A stretch of 64,000 nucleotides of DNA from Promethearchaeota archaeon. GTDB taxonomy: Archaea; Asgardarchaeota; Lokiarchaeia; Sigyniarchaeales; SOKP01. The DNA lies in NCBI GenBank assembly GCA_019058445.1, contig JAHPZA010000006.1, forward strand, positions 640,001-704,000, written 5' to 3'. A model generated the notes under the pieces. It saw only the letters and a program-made list of their open reading frames with translations, did no database searches and was not told where the DNA came from. The translations under genes were made by a program, and so were the position numbers. Within the stretch, counting starts at the first letter, position 1. The number at the start of each line of letters is the position of its first letter. Below are positions 28,902-39,252 of the stretch, in pieces.

Positions 28902-29561
28902 TTATTTAATTTTTTGCATAATATAATATCCGCAATCGAATTCTTTGGGATCCTTCTTAACCATGGCTATTTCTCTCTCATGGCTTTTTAAAATTTCAAG
29001 TTCTTTAGATCCTTTATATTTTTGATGCAATTCTTTAATTCTTTCTTCTAATGGGGCATAATATTCCGTCCACCAGTATTTCTCAGGTAATAAAAAATGA
29101 TCAATAAGCTCAAAACCATAGTTCGGGAACATCTCTAATGATTTATCCATCCACTTTATCGTCTCAAACGAGACTAAAAAACCTTTAGGTTTCAAAATCC
29201 TAGAGCATTCCTTTAGGCTTTTGTTTATGTCAAGAATGTGAAGAACTCCTTCTTCCCAGAGAATGTCAAAGTTCTCATCTTGAAAATTTGTATTATATAA
29301 AGATATGTTCATTATTTTAATACGCCCTGAAAGCCCCATTCTCTCGATTTTTTTTTGTAATTTATCCAAAGCATCTTGATTAATATCGATCCCAACAATG
29401 GTTCCATTACTGAGCTTCACTAATTCTAATGTAGGTAGTCCGCTACCGCAGCCAATATCTAGTATATAGGGCTTATTTATTTTGGGTAGCATTTCATATG
29501 CTTTCTTTGTATATTTAAGAAAAATACCTCTAAACTCATCAATATTAAGTAAATCGGTCAT
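28902..29561 (-). CDS. Class I SAM-dependent methyltransferase
   Basis: ILDIGCGSG, FDILWEEG, RILKPKG. Confidence 0.9.
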   Translation of the reverse strand: MTDLLNIDEFRGIFLKYTKKAYEMLPKINKPYILDIGCGSGLPTLELVKLSNGTIVGIDINQDALDKLQKKIERMGLSGRIKIMNISLYNTNFQDENFDILWEEGVLHILDINKSLKECSRILKPKGFLVSFETIKWMDKSLEMFPNYGFELIDHFLLPEKYWWTEYYAPLEERIKELHQKYKGSKELEILKSHEREIAMVKKDPKEFDCGYYIMQKIK

Positions 29562-29615
29562 TATAATCTTAAATTTTTAGAAATATATATTATAAGAAAA
29601 AAAAAGTAAATTACC

Positions 29616-30653
29616 TTATTGAATGTATTTTGATGATTTTTTAAGTTGTTCCTCAGCAACTTTTACAATTGATTCTATTATATCGGGGACTTTATCGATG
29701 CTATGTATTACTCCGCAACTTTGACCTAGCGGAATCGCACCAGTAACCAAGTCACCTCTTAAATAGACCGATTCATAATGCTTTCCATCTTCAATCAACT
29801 CTTCCATCGTAAATCCATTTTCCTCAGCCATTTTTTCTTCCTTGCTATCTATGAGACCATGATGTAAAGCATATTCATTTCTCCATAATCGAATTGGTCC
29901 CAGGAAGCCCGTAACTAATATTGTATCTTCCGGATTCGCAGGAGGGACGATATCCTTGTACTTCACATGAAATTCACTTTCTTGTGAAGATATAAATCTC
30001 GAGCCCATAGCAATTGCTCCTGCTCCCAATCCCAAAGCAGCGGCAAGCCCATATCCGTTTCCAAACGCACCACAAGCGATAATGGGAATATCAGGATGTT
30101 TCTCCTTTACTTGTTGGAGAAGAACTAATGTGCCGGTCTTTTCATATGATTGATGTCCACCACCTTCACTTCCCGTCACGACCATGCCATCAACTCCTGA
30201 GGCAACACATTTGTCTGCAAGCCAAGCTGCAGGGGCAACATGGAAGTGTTTTAAATTAGTACTTTCTCTTAATTTTTGAAAATTTTTATTTTCAGGTAAT
30301 AGTCGTGCAGAACCGGCACTACTAAGAGCATAAACACATTGTTCTCTTAATTTCTGATTATCCCTAATGATTTTTGGCACTTGCCTACATAATCTTTTAG
30401 CATCATATTGCATTCTCCCAGTGCGAATGTTAAATCCAAAAGGCTTGTCAGTATGCTCAACCACATATTCCATATCTTTTTTCATTTCTTTTAAACTATC
30501 ATTCGCTAATAGGTTAGTATGACTTATCACACCCATTCCTCCAGCCTCCGACACAGCAACAGTTAATTCTTTTGTATAAAAAGGACCCATAGGTGCTGCG
30601 AAAATCGGGTGCTTAATTCCAAACATCTCGGTTATTTCAGTCTTTAAAACCAT
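29616..30653 (-). CDS. Nitronate monooxygenase / FabK-like FMN oxidoreductase
   Basis: GIKHPIFAAPMG, GSEGGGH, LGAGAIAMGSRF, GQSCG. Confidence 0.9.
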   Translation of the reverse strand: MVLKTEITEMFGIKHPIFAAPMGPFYTKELTVAVSEAGGMGVISHTNLLANDSLKEMKKDMEYVVEHTDKPFGFNIRTGRMQYDAKRLCRQVPKIIRDNQKLREQCVYALSSAGSARLLPENKNFQKLRESTNLKHFHVAPAAWLADKCVASGVDGMVVTGSEGGGHQSYEKTGTLVLLQQVKEKHPDIPIIACGAFGNGYGLAAALGLGAGAIAMGSRFISSQESEFHVKYKDIVPPANPEDTILVTGFLGPIRLWRNEYALHHGLIDSKEEKMAEENGFTMEELIEDGKHYESVYLRGDLVTGAIPLGQSCGVIHSIDKVPDIIESIVKVAEEQLKKSSKYIQ

Positions 30654-30861
30654 TTTTTAACACCTTTTTTCACTTAAAATATTATTATAATTATGATAAA
30701 GTGAAAGGTATAAGGCTTAAAAATTTTGATCAAATCCTTAGGTATAGTTAATTAGCAGCAATAATAAATATTTATGAGAATTTAACCAATTATATCTTCC
30801 AAAAATCGCTCAAAAGAGAATTATGAAAATTTTTAAGAAATAAAGAAAGAAAATTATGTCT

Positions 30862-32625
30862 TTATCCAGTATGATTTATGATTTTAGGTTTACTTAAGAC
30901 AAATCCGCACTTCGGACAAATTCTATGTAACCGATATTCTTGCATGCTGCTGAAAAAACTTGAACCTAAGATCCCCGCAGGTAACGTAAATAATGCAACT
31001 CCTAGAAAAGCAAAACAGATGGTTAGGAATCTGCCGGCCGTTGTCACTGGATATACATCACCAAACCCAGTTGTAGTAAAGGTAACAATGCCGAACCATA
31101 AAGTTGCTGGAATACTTGCAAATTTTTCAGGCTGGGCATTATGTTCAAAATAATAGATTGCTGTAGAACTGAATATGAGAAATAGGATACATATGAAAAT
31201 TGTGCTTAAAAATTCTCTTTTAGTATCTTTGAATATTAAGCCAGATATACTAAATACGTCTATAAAATGTCCAACTTTAAATACTACAACCATCAATAGA
31301 ATTAAGAAAAACTGCCGCGTTGTAGGTACTAACTGACCCGGAATTAACATAAGATACAAAGCAATAATCACGATAACATCCACTATAGCGAGTGGACTTT
31401 TGACGAAATTCCATTTCCCTTGAACAGGATCTTGATATTCTTCCCGTTCTGAACCTTCACAGCTCCAAAATCGTAGAGCATATTCTGAGGTAAACACTAT
31501 TATAGAAATTATATACACAGTATTTAATACAGATCTTAGTTCTTCGGATAGTATAGGATTAGTTTCAACCATAATTGCCAACACATTAAGCGTTATAAAA
31601 GTCATAAAGAAAATAAAGACCAATAACTGTCCCAAACTTCTAGGAAAAGCGAATTGCACTAAATCATAATATCTACGCTTGGTTTGTTGCTGGGGTGTTA
31701 ATTTTGGTAATTCCTTAGCTTTTTCTGCTTCTAAGGCTTGTTTAATTATCTTAGGAAGCCTCCCCCTCCTTTTCTTATACAAGTCCCTAAACAATGCTTC
31801 TTTTTGAATTGTGGTATTACAATTTGGACAAACCTCATACTGTGGATTTCTTTCTCTAAGTTCATCAATATATCCTGAACCAATGACAGATGCAGGTAAT
31901 AAAAACAATGTGATACCTAAGACTGATATAACTGCTGATATTATTTTACCCATAACGGTCTTCGGAACCATCTCTCCGTATCCGATTGTGAAAAGATTTA
32001 TTGCTGTAAACCACATTGAACTAAAAAGATTCGTAAATATATCAGGTTGGGCATCATGTTCTGCTATATACATAAGTAATGACCCGAAAAACATTAACAG
32101 CAACGATAAAATTAAGGTAATTAATAGTTCTTCTTTTTTACGTCTGATAACGCCAAAAATTATTTCAAATGATTCAGAATACCGAATTAATTTAAGGAGC
32201 GCAATTACGCGAAGTAGTCTTATACCCTCCATCCATTTGTATTCAGCAGGTATGATTAACGCTAATAAAAATAGAATAACACTTGCGAAATCAATTATAC
32301 CCTTAAAGTTTATCATATATCCTAAGCTTTTCAAATTATTATCTTGGTATTTTGGATTTATATCACATGTCCAAAACCGTAATATAAATTCTATGGTAAA
32401 AATTACTACTGAAATAACTTCAATTAGAATAAAAACGATGGAATATCTTAGCACTAAATCTTCATCAGTTTCTAAGATTGTTATAAGACCACTTATTAAG
32501 CTAGCACATACTAGTAAAAATGCCAGAAAACGCGCTGAACCTGTTTTTGATTCGGGAAAATTTAAATTTTTAAAAATCTGCTCTTTATATTTTCGGATTC
32601 TTTCCTTTTTGAGTTCTTTCGTCAT
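30862..32625 (-). CDS. Tandem-duplicated (2x6TM) voltage-gated-type potassium channel
   Basis: Two complete Ion_trans repeats with filters TIGYGE and TTGFGD, each followed by LPA..(I/L)GS and CPxC. Confidence 0.9.
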   Translation of the reverse strand: MTKELKKERIRKYKEQIFKNLNFPESKTGSARFLAFLLVCASLISGLITILETDEDLVLRYSIVFILIEVISVVIFTIEFILRFWTCDINPKYQDNNLKSLGYMINFKGIIDFASVILFLLALIIPAEYKWMEGIRLLRVIALLKLIRYSESFEIIFGVIRRKKEELLITLILSLLLMFFGSLLMYIAEHDAQPDIFTNLFSSMWFTAINLFTIGYGEMVPKTVMGKIISAVISVLGITLFLLPASVIGSGYIDELRERNPQYEVCPNCNTTIQKEALFRDLYKKRRGRLPKIIKQALEAEKAKELPKLTPQQQTKRRYYDLVQFAFPRSLGQLLVFIFFMTFITLNVLAIMVETNPILSEELRSVLNTVYIISIIVFTSEYALRFWSCEGSEREEYQDPVQGKWNFVKSPLAIVDVIVIIALYLMLIPGQLVPTTRQFFLILLMVVVFKVGHFIDVFSISGLIFKDTKREFLSTIFICILFLIFSSTAIYYFEHNAQPEKFASIPATLWFGIVTFTTTGFGDVYPVTTAGRFLTICFAFLGVALFTLPAGILGSSFFSSMQEYRLHRICPKCGFVLSKPKIINHTG

Positions 32626-32845
32626 AAGCTGTCATATTATGAATTATTGCTTTAACTTCAAAAAATGTTATACAAACCTAATCAAAATTATTGTTTTAAA
32701 AACTTTTGAAAAGCGAAAAATTCAAAGTGTTTATAATCAAATCTATTCTTTAGGGTATTTTTGAATTTTAAAAAATTCAATACATTTTTCAATAGAGGGA
32801 TCATAATGAACTTAACAGCCAATTATAAAATAAAATGAAGTAATT

Positions 32846-33625
32846 ATGATAACGTGGATTTTAGGATCAATTCTTATTATTTGGTGTTTATATAATAGAT
32901 TCGGTAGAGAGGATGGGTATGTGAAAGGATATCCGCTTGGAATGCCAAAGGGTTCAGTACGAGCATTAATTGCTATTTCAGTGGTAGCATTTCCCTTCAG
33001 TTATTTAATTGAGGGACAAGAGATCCCGAGTGCTATTACCAGCGCGATATTCATCCTCGTTGCTTTTTATTTCGAGACACGAAAAGCTAAAAAAGAATTA
33101 CTTTTAGAACTTATAAATGACGTGAGATATCCTGAGACTCCTAAGGAAAATGTGATTTATCCTCTCTATTTGCCAAAATATTCTGTAAGAATTACACTTG
33201 TAACGATGTTGGTATTAGTATTGATTATTAATGCATATGGACCAATGGTGCCTTTTGAAACAACAAATACTTTAATGGATATTTTGTTGATAATTAGCTT
33301 TTTTATTCTTGGCTCGATTTTTAAAAGGATCAGTAATATTCGAGAAAATAAAAGAAATAAACGGCTAATTAACTTGAAATTAGCAGAAGACGCTTCAATT
33401 TCAAATGAGGGAATAATTGAATATATATCTTCTCAAGAAAAAAGTAAAATAAAGAGAAAAGGGAAAAACTGTCTTTCCGTAATAACATTAATTGCTATTT
33501 TTATTGCATTGATTTTATACACGGTTGATATTGATTATGAGATGCTAACTTTGCTATTCTATGCTTTTACTTTACGTACTACATTATTCCTATTCATAAA
33601 TATATATTATGGTTATAGAGATTAA
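32846..33625 (+). CDS. Membrane protein with internal repeat (PLGMPKGSVRA / PLYLPKYSVRI)
   Basis: Multiple TM segments and a repeated motif. Confidence 0.75.
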   Translation: MITWILGSILIIWCLYNRFGREDGYVKGYPLGMPKGSVRALIAISVVAFPFSYLIEGQEIPSAITSAIFILVAFYFETRKAKKELLLELINDVRYPETPKENVIYPLYLPKYSVRITLVTMLVLVLIINAYGPMVPFETTNTLMDILLIISFFILGSIFKRISNIRENKRNKRLINLKLAEDASISNEGIIEYISSQEKSKIKRKGKNCLSVITLIAIFIALILYTVDIDYEMLTLLFYAFTLRTTLFLFINIYYGYRD

Positions 33626-33766
33626 TTCCCTTATTTTTTTTTTTTAAAAAAGCTATTTATCATTCTGAAATTGTAATAAATTATAGATAAAATATTTAAA
33701 TTAACAATTAACATATTGTTTACTTGCTATGTACTTAGCAAAAAAATCAATTTGAGGTAGACAAAA

Positions 33767-33946
33767 ATGAGAACAACTCCCCCAAAATCAATAACATTAT
33801 ATCTCTCTATTATCCTTGGAGTTATCGGGATTATCTTAGGACTTGTAGGTCTAGGAATAGGAGGAGTATTTATGCTTATTGCCTGGATAATTTTGATTGT
33901 CGCCTGGATAATACTCGTCCTAAGTGTAAAAATAGAGGGTTTATGA
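33767..33946 (+). CDS. Small two-TM protein (59 aa)
   Basis: MRTTPPKSITLYLSIILGVIGIILGLVGLGIGGVFMLIAWIILIVAWIILVLSVKIEGL. GAGGT SD, and a TTGCTA-N6-TAGCAA palindrome at 33724-33741 upstream. Confidence 0.75.
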   Translation: MRTTPPKSITLYLSIILGVIGIILGLVGLGIGGVFMLIAWIILIVAWIILVLSVKIEGL

Positions 33947-34036
33947 CTCTAATTGTGGTTGGTTTTTAATTTATTCAACCTTTTTTTTTATTACTCGTTT
34001 CTTGCCATTTTAATTATATTATATAACAAAGTATGG

Positions 34037-34927
34037 TTATATTTTTGCCCCTGGAAATAATGGTTGCATAGTGAGTTCTCTTGCCATACTAATAACTTTT
34101 TCCTGTTCTTCATTATTTAGCTTTCTATAGCGTTTAACAGCATCAAATATTAATGGCCAAAGCCTTACATCACAGGGTAGCGAATAAGTTGTTACCCCTT
34201 CTTGAGACAATGTAAACCATACGGCTTGGTCTACTAAGTCTTGGGTATCTAGAGGTTCGTACCAAGTTGTATACTTGTTATCACTGCGCAGAGTTTCACT
34301 TTTCCATCTACCCTTACTAATCGCTTTTATTGCTGTAATACCAATATTCTTTTCTTGTGCCAATTTAAGCACTGGCCTGAAATCGTTTACTGGATGAGGT
34401 TTTACTAACGCACCAGCATATACAGGCATTAAAATTGTTTCAAACTCATCAGATAATTCGAGAGCTTTCTGTAAAACTCTTACATCCTCATGAGCCGTAA
34501 TGCCAATATGCTTAATTAGTCCAGTTTCTCTGGCTTCCTTAAAAGCTTCCATGGCTCCGTCTTCACCTAATATTTGATTTAATTCATCAATAGATGCTAC
34601 AGCATGAAATTGATATAAATCAAAATATTTCGCGCCTAATCGTTCTAATGACTTATGAAGTTGTCTTTGTGCTCCTCTTTTTTTTCTTTTTAAAGTTTTT
34701 TCGGCTAAAAAGAACTTATTTCTATATTTTTCAATCCATGGATTAAGCCGTACTTCTGCCTGCCCATACGTGGGAGCCACATCTATCATATTTACTCCGT
34801 TATCCATCGCAAGTCTAACAGCCTTATCTGCTTCTTCTTGATCAACATATCCAGGTCCACATCCTCCGAGAGCAACAAAAGAAACCTTTGCTCCAGTTCT
34901 TCCAAAAATACGAGTTTCCATATGCAT
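34037..34927 (-). CDS. Aldo/keto reductase
   Basis: GVNMIDVAPTYG, SLERLGAKYFDLYQFH, GLIKHIGITAH. Confidence 0.92.
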   Translation of the reverse strand: MHMETRIFGRTGAKVSFVALGGCGPGYVDQEEADKAVRLAMDNGVNMIDVAPTYGQAEVRLNPWIEKYRNKFFLAEKTLKRKKRGAQRQLHKSLERLGAKYFDLYQFHAVASIDELNQILGEDGAMEAFKEARETGLIKHIGITAHEDVRVLQKALELSDEFETILMPVYAGALVKPHPVNDFRPVLKLAQEKNIGITAIKAISKGRWKSETLRSDNKYTTWYEPLDTQDLVDQAVWFTLSQEGVTTYSLPCDVRLWPLIFDAVKRYRKLNNEEQEKVISMARELTMQPLFPGAKI

Positions 34928-35249
34928 CCCTTTTTTTGTTTATTTTAAATCTTAATAATTGAATCTTTATTTTTTAGCTTTTTAAAAATATCTTTAATAA
35001 TTGTGAGGTTAGAATTTTTTTAAGTGCTTTGGGCTCTTTAATGAGTCAGTCTTTCAGAGGATACTAATTATTCTGCAGCAAAATATTAAGAAAATTATGG
35101 AATATTAATAACTTTGAATTGAAAAAATTAAAAAAAAATATGGAAGTTATTCTATTTTTCTGATCATTTACAGAAATGTCAAAAGATCACATTAGAGTTA
35201 AATATGCATTAATCATAATTAATTCTGATAATTAACGAAAATTAGTTAT

Positions 35250-35364
35250 CAAAGAGGAAGAGAAAGAGGAAATCAATCCTAATCAAAAATAATAATGAGA
35301 ATTAAACATTAAAATGTTTAATAAAGGGCGAAATCCAATGTTCGATAGGATTGAAATTTCCTCC
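35250..35364 (-). ncRNA. Candidate structured small RNA, copy C of a three-member family
   Basis: Outer stem gaggaaa-tcaatccta (35266-35281) / taggattga-aa-tttcctc (35346-35363). Inner hairpin 35301-35322. Invariant ATTGGATTTCGCCCT on the minus strand. TATA at 35387-35394. Confidence 0.65.
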
Positions 35365-35605
35365 AATGCTTATTATATATTTTCATGTATAAAAATGTTT
35401 ACTTTAGTTACACATAGTTAAATTATCAAATATAAGGGAAATCATAATATAGTAAAAAATTAAGATTAAAAATTTATCAAACTCAGACTAAACAAATTAT
35501 TTAGAAAGTTAAAAGCTTAAAAATTAAGATCAATAGAAATTGATTAATCAAATGACTATCTAATTTAAAAATTAAAAAAAAATAAATAAAAAAAAGTAGA
35601 AGTGA

Positions 35606-35986
35606 TTATTCAATCGCTACATCCACAGAGGTCATTTCAACTTCTTTATTTGGTACATGGATCCTCAGTAATCCATTCTTGTACGAACTAGTCGCTTTCT
35701 CATGTTCTACGGGGCAGCATAAGGTATAATACCCTACGTATCTAATTCTATCTGTATCCCCGGCAACAAAGAAGGTATCTTCAGACATTTTAAGCTTAAT
35801 TGTGTCCTTTTCTACTCCGGGAAGATATACTTCTATTTCATAGCCAGTATCCTCTTCATTGATCCATGAGCACATCTGGGGAGTAAGTACAGTTCTTTGT
35901 GGCTCCTCTTCTACTTTTTTTATTTCTGAAGGTGTTTCTTCTGCTTTTTCAATTTCTACCTCATCTTTTGTTTCAATATCACTCAT
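35606..35986 (-). CDS. Small heat-shock protein (Hsp20/alpha-crystallin)
   Basis: IEVYLPGVEKDTIKL...SYKNGLLRIHVP. Confidence 0.9.
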   Translation of the reverse strand: MSDIETKDEVEIEKAEETPSEIKKVEEEPQRTVLTPQMCSWINEEDTGYEIEVYLPGVEKDTIKLKMSEDTFFVAGDTDRIRYVGYYTLCCPVEHEKATSSYKNGLLRIHVPNKEVEMTSVDVAIE

Positions 35987-36307
35987 TTTTGATCAACTTG
36001 GATTTTTTATTAAGTATATAACTCTAAATTTGTGAAAAAAATATAGAAATTTCTATTTATGCGTGATAAAACATTAAATAGAAGATTAAATTCACTTTCC
36101 AATTTTAATTGCATCCTACAATTGATTTACAAAATATAAAACTTCTCGCAGAAATGAATCTTTGAGACCCAAGGATTTATAATTTTTAATTCTCCAAAAT
36201 AATATTTTTTAAGAAAAACAAGAAAATCAGCGGGCTTTCATTTTTTATATATATCTCCTCTTTAATTAGTATTACATATTCAATAGATAATTACTGGTGA
36301 GACATGA

Positions 36308-36742
36308 TTGGAATGCTCAGAAATCTCAAAGATTTGGAATAACTACAATATAAGTTATGATCCGCTCTTAGATGATGTTTTGTCCAATCACTCAAAATTT
36401 AAGATCAATAACAAAGAAAAAAATTATGCAAAATGTGGAGATTACTTAAAACTTGGTGAAAAAAACATTTGGCTTCAATTTCATTATGAAAATTTCACAC
36501 GCTGTAGGCTTGTTGCCTATATTGAGGGAGAAAAATTTAAGATTTGGAGCATTGTAAGTACTCCAAAAAAGATTGGGCTTGGTAGCAGAACTTTGGAGTT
36601 CCTAAACCAGATGTTTCTTGATTCAGGATGCAAATTGAAGCTTTTTATCGTGGATGTATGGCCCGTGGCAAAAGGTTTTTGGGATAAGATGAAACAAAGA
36701 AGCCTTATTACGGATTATGAAGTTAGTGAATGCCATATCTAA
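36308..36742 (+). CDS. Hypothetical protein, GNAT-like fold possible
   Basis: KKIGLGSRTL...AKGFWDKM resembles acetyl-CoA-binding motifs A and B. Confidence 0.55.
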   Translation: MECSEISKIWNNYNISYDPLLDDVLSNHSKFKINNKEKNYAKCGDYLKLGEKNIWLQFHYENFTRCRLVAYIEGEKFKIWSIVSTPKKIGLGSRTLEFLNQMFLDSGCKLKLFIVDVWPVAKGFWDKMKQRSLITDYEVSECHI

Positions 36743-36765
36743 TTTTTTCTCTAAAAGACGAATAA

Positions 36766-37890
36766 TCAAGGACGTAAGGAATCTAAATATACATCCAAAT
36801 CTTTTATCTCATTGAATATAGGTAAATTTAGCTCTTTTTGGCTATATAATTGCATTATCCTCTTCTCTAAATTGTTAGTTGCTTCTTGAAGTCCAGAAAA
36901 ATCTCTATTAGAAATAAATGTTGTTAGATCAGATAGATTTAAATCATGATAGTTTTCTTCTACTTCATGAAAAAGGTTAAAATCGTAGGTACTAATGAGA
37001 TCTCCTTTATTTTGAGCAATGATTTCTGAGATCCAAATTTGTAATTCGGTGGCTGCATAACTAGCTAATAGGATATCCCTTTTATCACAAGCAGCATATA
37101 TCTTGTTAAAATATTCTTTCATATGTACTAGGACGTTTTTATTCAATATCTTTCGATTAGTTTTAATACTTTGTTGCTGACTTCTAATAAGCTTTCGAAT
37201 CTCTAACATAAGAGTTCTTCCAGTTGATAGTAATTTATCAAAATCATTAGAACTAACAAGGATTCTAATCATATTATCCAAATTTTTAGGTATGATGGGA
37301 AGTTGAAATACTTTTTGTAGATTTGAACCCTAATTTTTGGAATAATACACATTATTCAGCCATGATAAAGTAGCACAGATATTATTGATTAATCCCCATA
37401 AAGCCCACCGTGCAGTTAAAATATCATTCTTCACTTTGGCTAATTTTACTCGTTCAATGGAATAATCCATATTAAATTGACTCATTGCCCGCATAAAATT
37501 TCCTTCAGTATCTTCTTTTATCTTCTGAATTGATTTTTTTAATGAATTGAATCTTTCTAGATCTTGTTCATTTCTATAATAAAGAACTTTACAGTTCACA
37601 AAAATGTGGGCTGCAACACACCAGATTTTTAATTTATCTTTTTTAGCTGAAGCAATCTCTTCAGCTTCTTCCCAATCCATGGACCAAATGTCCACTGCCT
37701 TATCCTGAAAAATAAAGCTCCATTTCATTTGATTTTCTAAGCTAGTGATAGCATACATATCTAAATCAGAATAATCAGATTGTTTGCCTGTAGCTATAGA
37801 ACCATAAATAGCAATAATGGATATCTTTATACCATATTGCTCCACTACTCGTTTTGCGATTAATTCAGCTAATTCGTTTAAACTAGACAC
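36766..37890 (-). pseudogene. Kanamycin-nucleotidyltransferase-like gene interrupted by one in-frame TAG (37330-37332)
   Basis: YGSIATG...SDLDM nucleotidyltransferase motif. The track ORFs 37330..37890 and 36766..37281 are in the same frame: YYSKN*GSNLQKVFQLPIIPKNLDNMIR. Confidence 0.8.
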
Positions 37891-38045
37891 ACTACTCCCT
37901 TTTCAAATTTTTTGAGATAATAATTATCTAAAATCAGTTTTAATTTATTTATATCTCTAATTATTGTCCAATCAACAAGAATCCCTTTTTAATTATTTTC
38001 TATAAACTGACTTAAAGAAATTTTAGATTTTATTTGTTTATCTTT

Positions 38046-38876
38046 TCATGAGAAAATATATTTATCAAGCCAATATTTCTCATTAAACATAAATATGGCA
38101 TCGGCGGAGCTTACAAACTTTAATGATCTTAAAACATCAAATAGTAAGTAAAGTCCAAAATTTTCTCGGAATTTTCTTATAAGGATTCCTAATGTGAGTC
38201 CGTTGGGAGATAGCTTCCTTAATTCGTCGGGATTTCTACTTTGATAGGAATTAAAGGCATTTATGAAGTTAATTACCTCAGATGTACATAATTCCTTTAA
38301 GTTTTTATCTTTAAACCGAGCCAATTTAAATCCTTTATGTCTAAACAGTATCAATTCCAAAGAATGAACTTCATTATAAACCACACTTCTCTTATTCTTT
38401 GATTTTTTAAAATATTTCGCGCCAAAGCTACTAATCTTGTTCTCAAAATAAGGTGTAAAGTGTAAGGCATATAAAGGGGCCAATAATCCCTCTTTTGCAG
38501 CGTTCATATAATATACGCGACCTTGATAGATTTCATGTAAATAATTTTCAGCTGAAGAAGTATATACCCAATCTTCATTTTTTGGTTTTCTGTCAAATCC
38601 CTTCCCCTCAAGTACCCACAATACGAAATCTCCTTCCTGATTATATTCTTTTGTACGCTGAATTATTTCTGAGCTGCTGATCTTTGAATGTTGAATTTCA
38701 ATGACAATTTTTTTACCATTTTTTAACTCAACATAAATATCAGCTATTCTATTTCCAATTTTTATTTCTTGCTGAATGTTATTTATCTCATTATATACTG
38801 AAAGATTGTCATAAAAGAATTTCTTAAGTACAAGGTGATTTATTGTTTCTGAATGTTTTACATCCTCTAAAGTCAT
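38046..38876 (-). CDS. Competence CoiA-like PD-(D/E)xK nuclease-domain protein
   Basis: ETINHLVLK...RIADIYV...VIEIQHS...RTKEY...VLWV. Confidence 0.8.
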   Translation of the reverse strand: MTLEDVKHSETINHLVLKKFFYDNLSVYNEINNIQQEIKIGNRIADIYVELKNGKKIVIEIQHSKISSSEIIQRTKEYNQEGDFVLWVLEGKGFDRKPKNEDWVYTSSAENYLHEIYQGRVYYMNAAKEGLLAPLYALHFTPYFENKISSFGAKYFKKSKNKRSVVYNEVHSLELILFRHKGFKLARFKDKNLKELCTSEVINFINAFNSYQSRNPDELRKLSPNGLTLGILIRKFRENFGLYLLFDVLRSLKFVSSADAIFMFNEKYWLDKYIFS

Positions 38877-38951
38877 ATCTATTAATTCATTCTAATAACA
38901 ATTTTTTAAACTCACTGGTTTTATTAATGAGAATAAAAAAAGAAAAAATAT

Positions 38952-39150
38952 TTACAGCTCTGCTTGAGTGGTGTATCTTCAGCTAGGGAGAACCTTCACC
39001 GCTTCTGTCGAAAATACCTAGAATTTAGGGCTTTAATCCAGGTATAGATACACCTGCCTGCGACATTGATAAACCTAGTGAAAGAACAATGAGTAAAGCA
39101 AGAGCAGAAATCACGCGCTTATTTGCGTTCACTTGATCTCTACCTCTGTT
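38952..39150 (-). ncRNA. Candidate ~200-nt structured RNA (multi-stem, possible pseudoknots)
   Basis: Non-coding, locally GC-rich, several 9-10-bp complementary pairs with G-U wobbles that favour the minus strand, followed by a U-rich tract. Confidence 0.6.
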
Positions 39151-39252
39151 CTTAACGTATGGTTTTTTGTAGTAAAGTTCGTCTATTTTAATTAAAATAA
39201 AATTATTTAAACTCCTCCAAATAAAATCTGAACAGCAATTTAGCAGTTATGT

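Noticed and set aside
31811-32764. 317-aa plus-strand ORF
   Set aside because: Antisense shadow of the K+ channel with no recognisable motifs. The same applies to the other short antisense ORFs overlapping clear genes (e.g. 1062, 5591, 7165, 13082, 19933, 54519, 59180).
38952-39150. Known RNA identity (lysine riboswitch, SRP, RNase P, group I/II intron)
   Set aside because: Only a superficial AGAGGU match. The diagnostic motifs of these families were not found.
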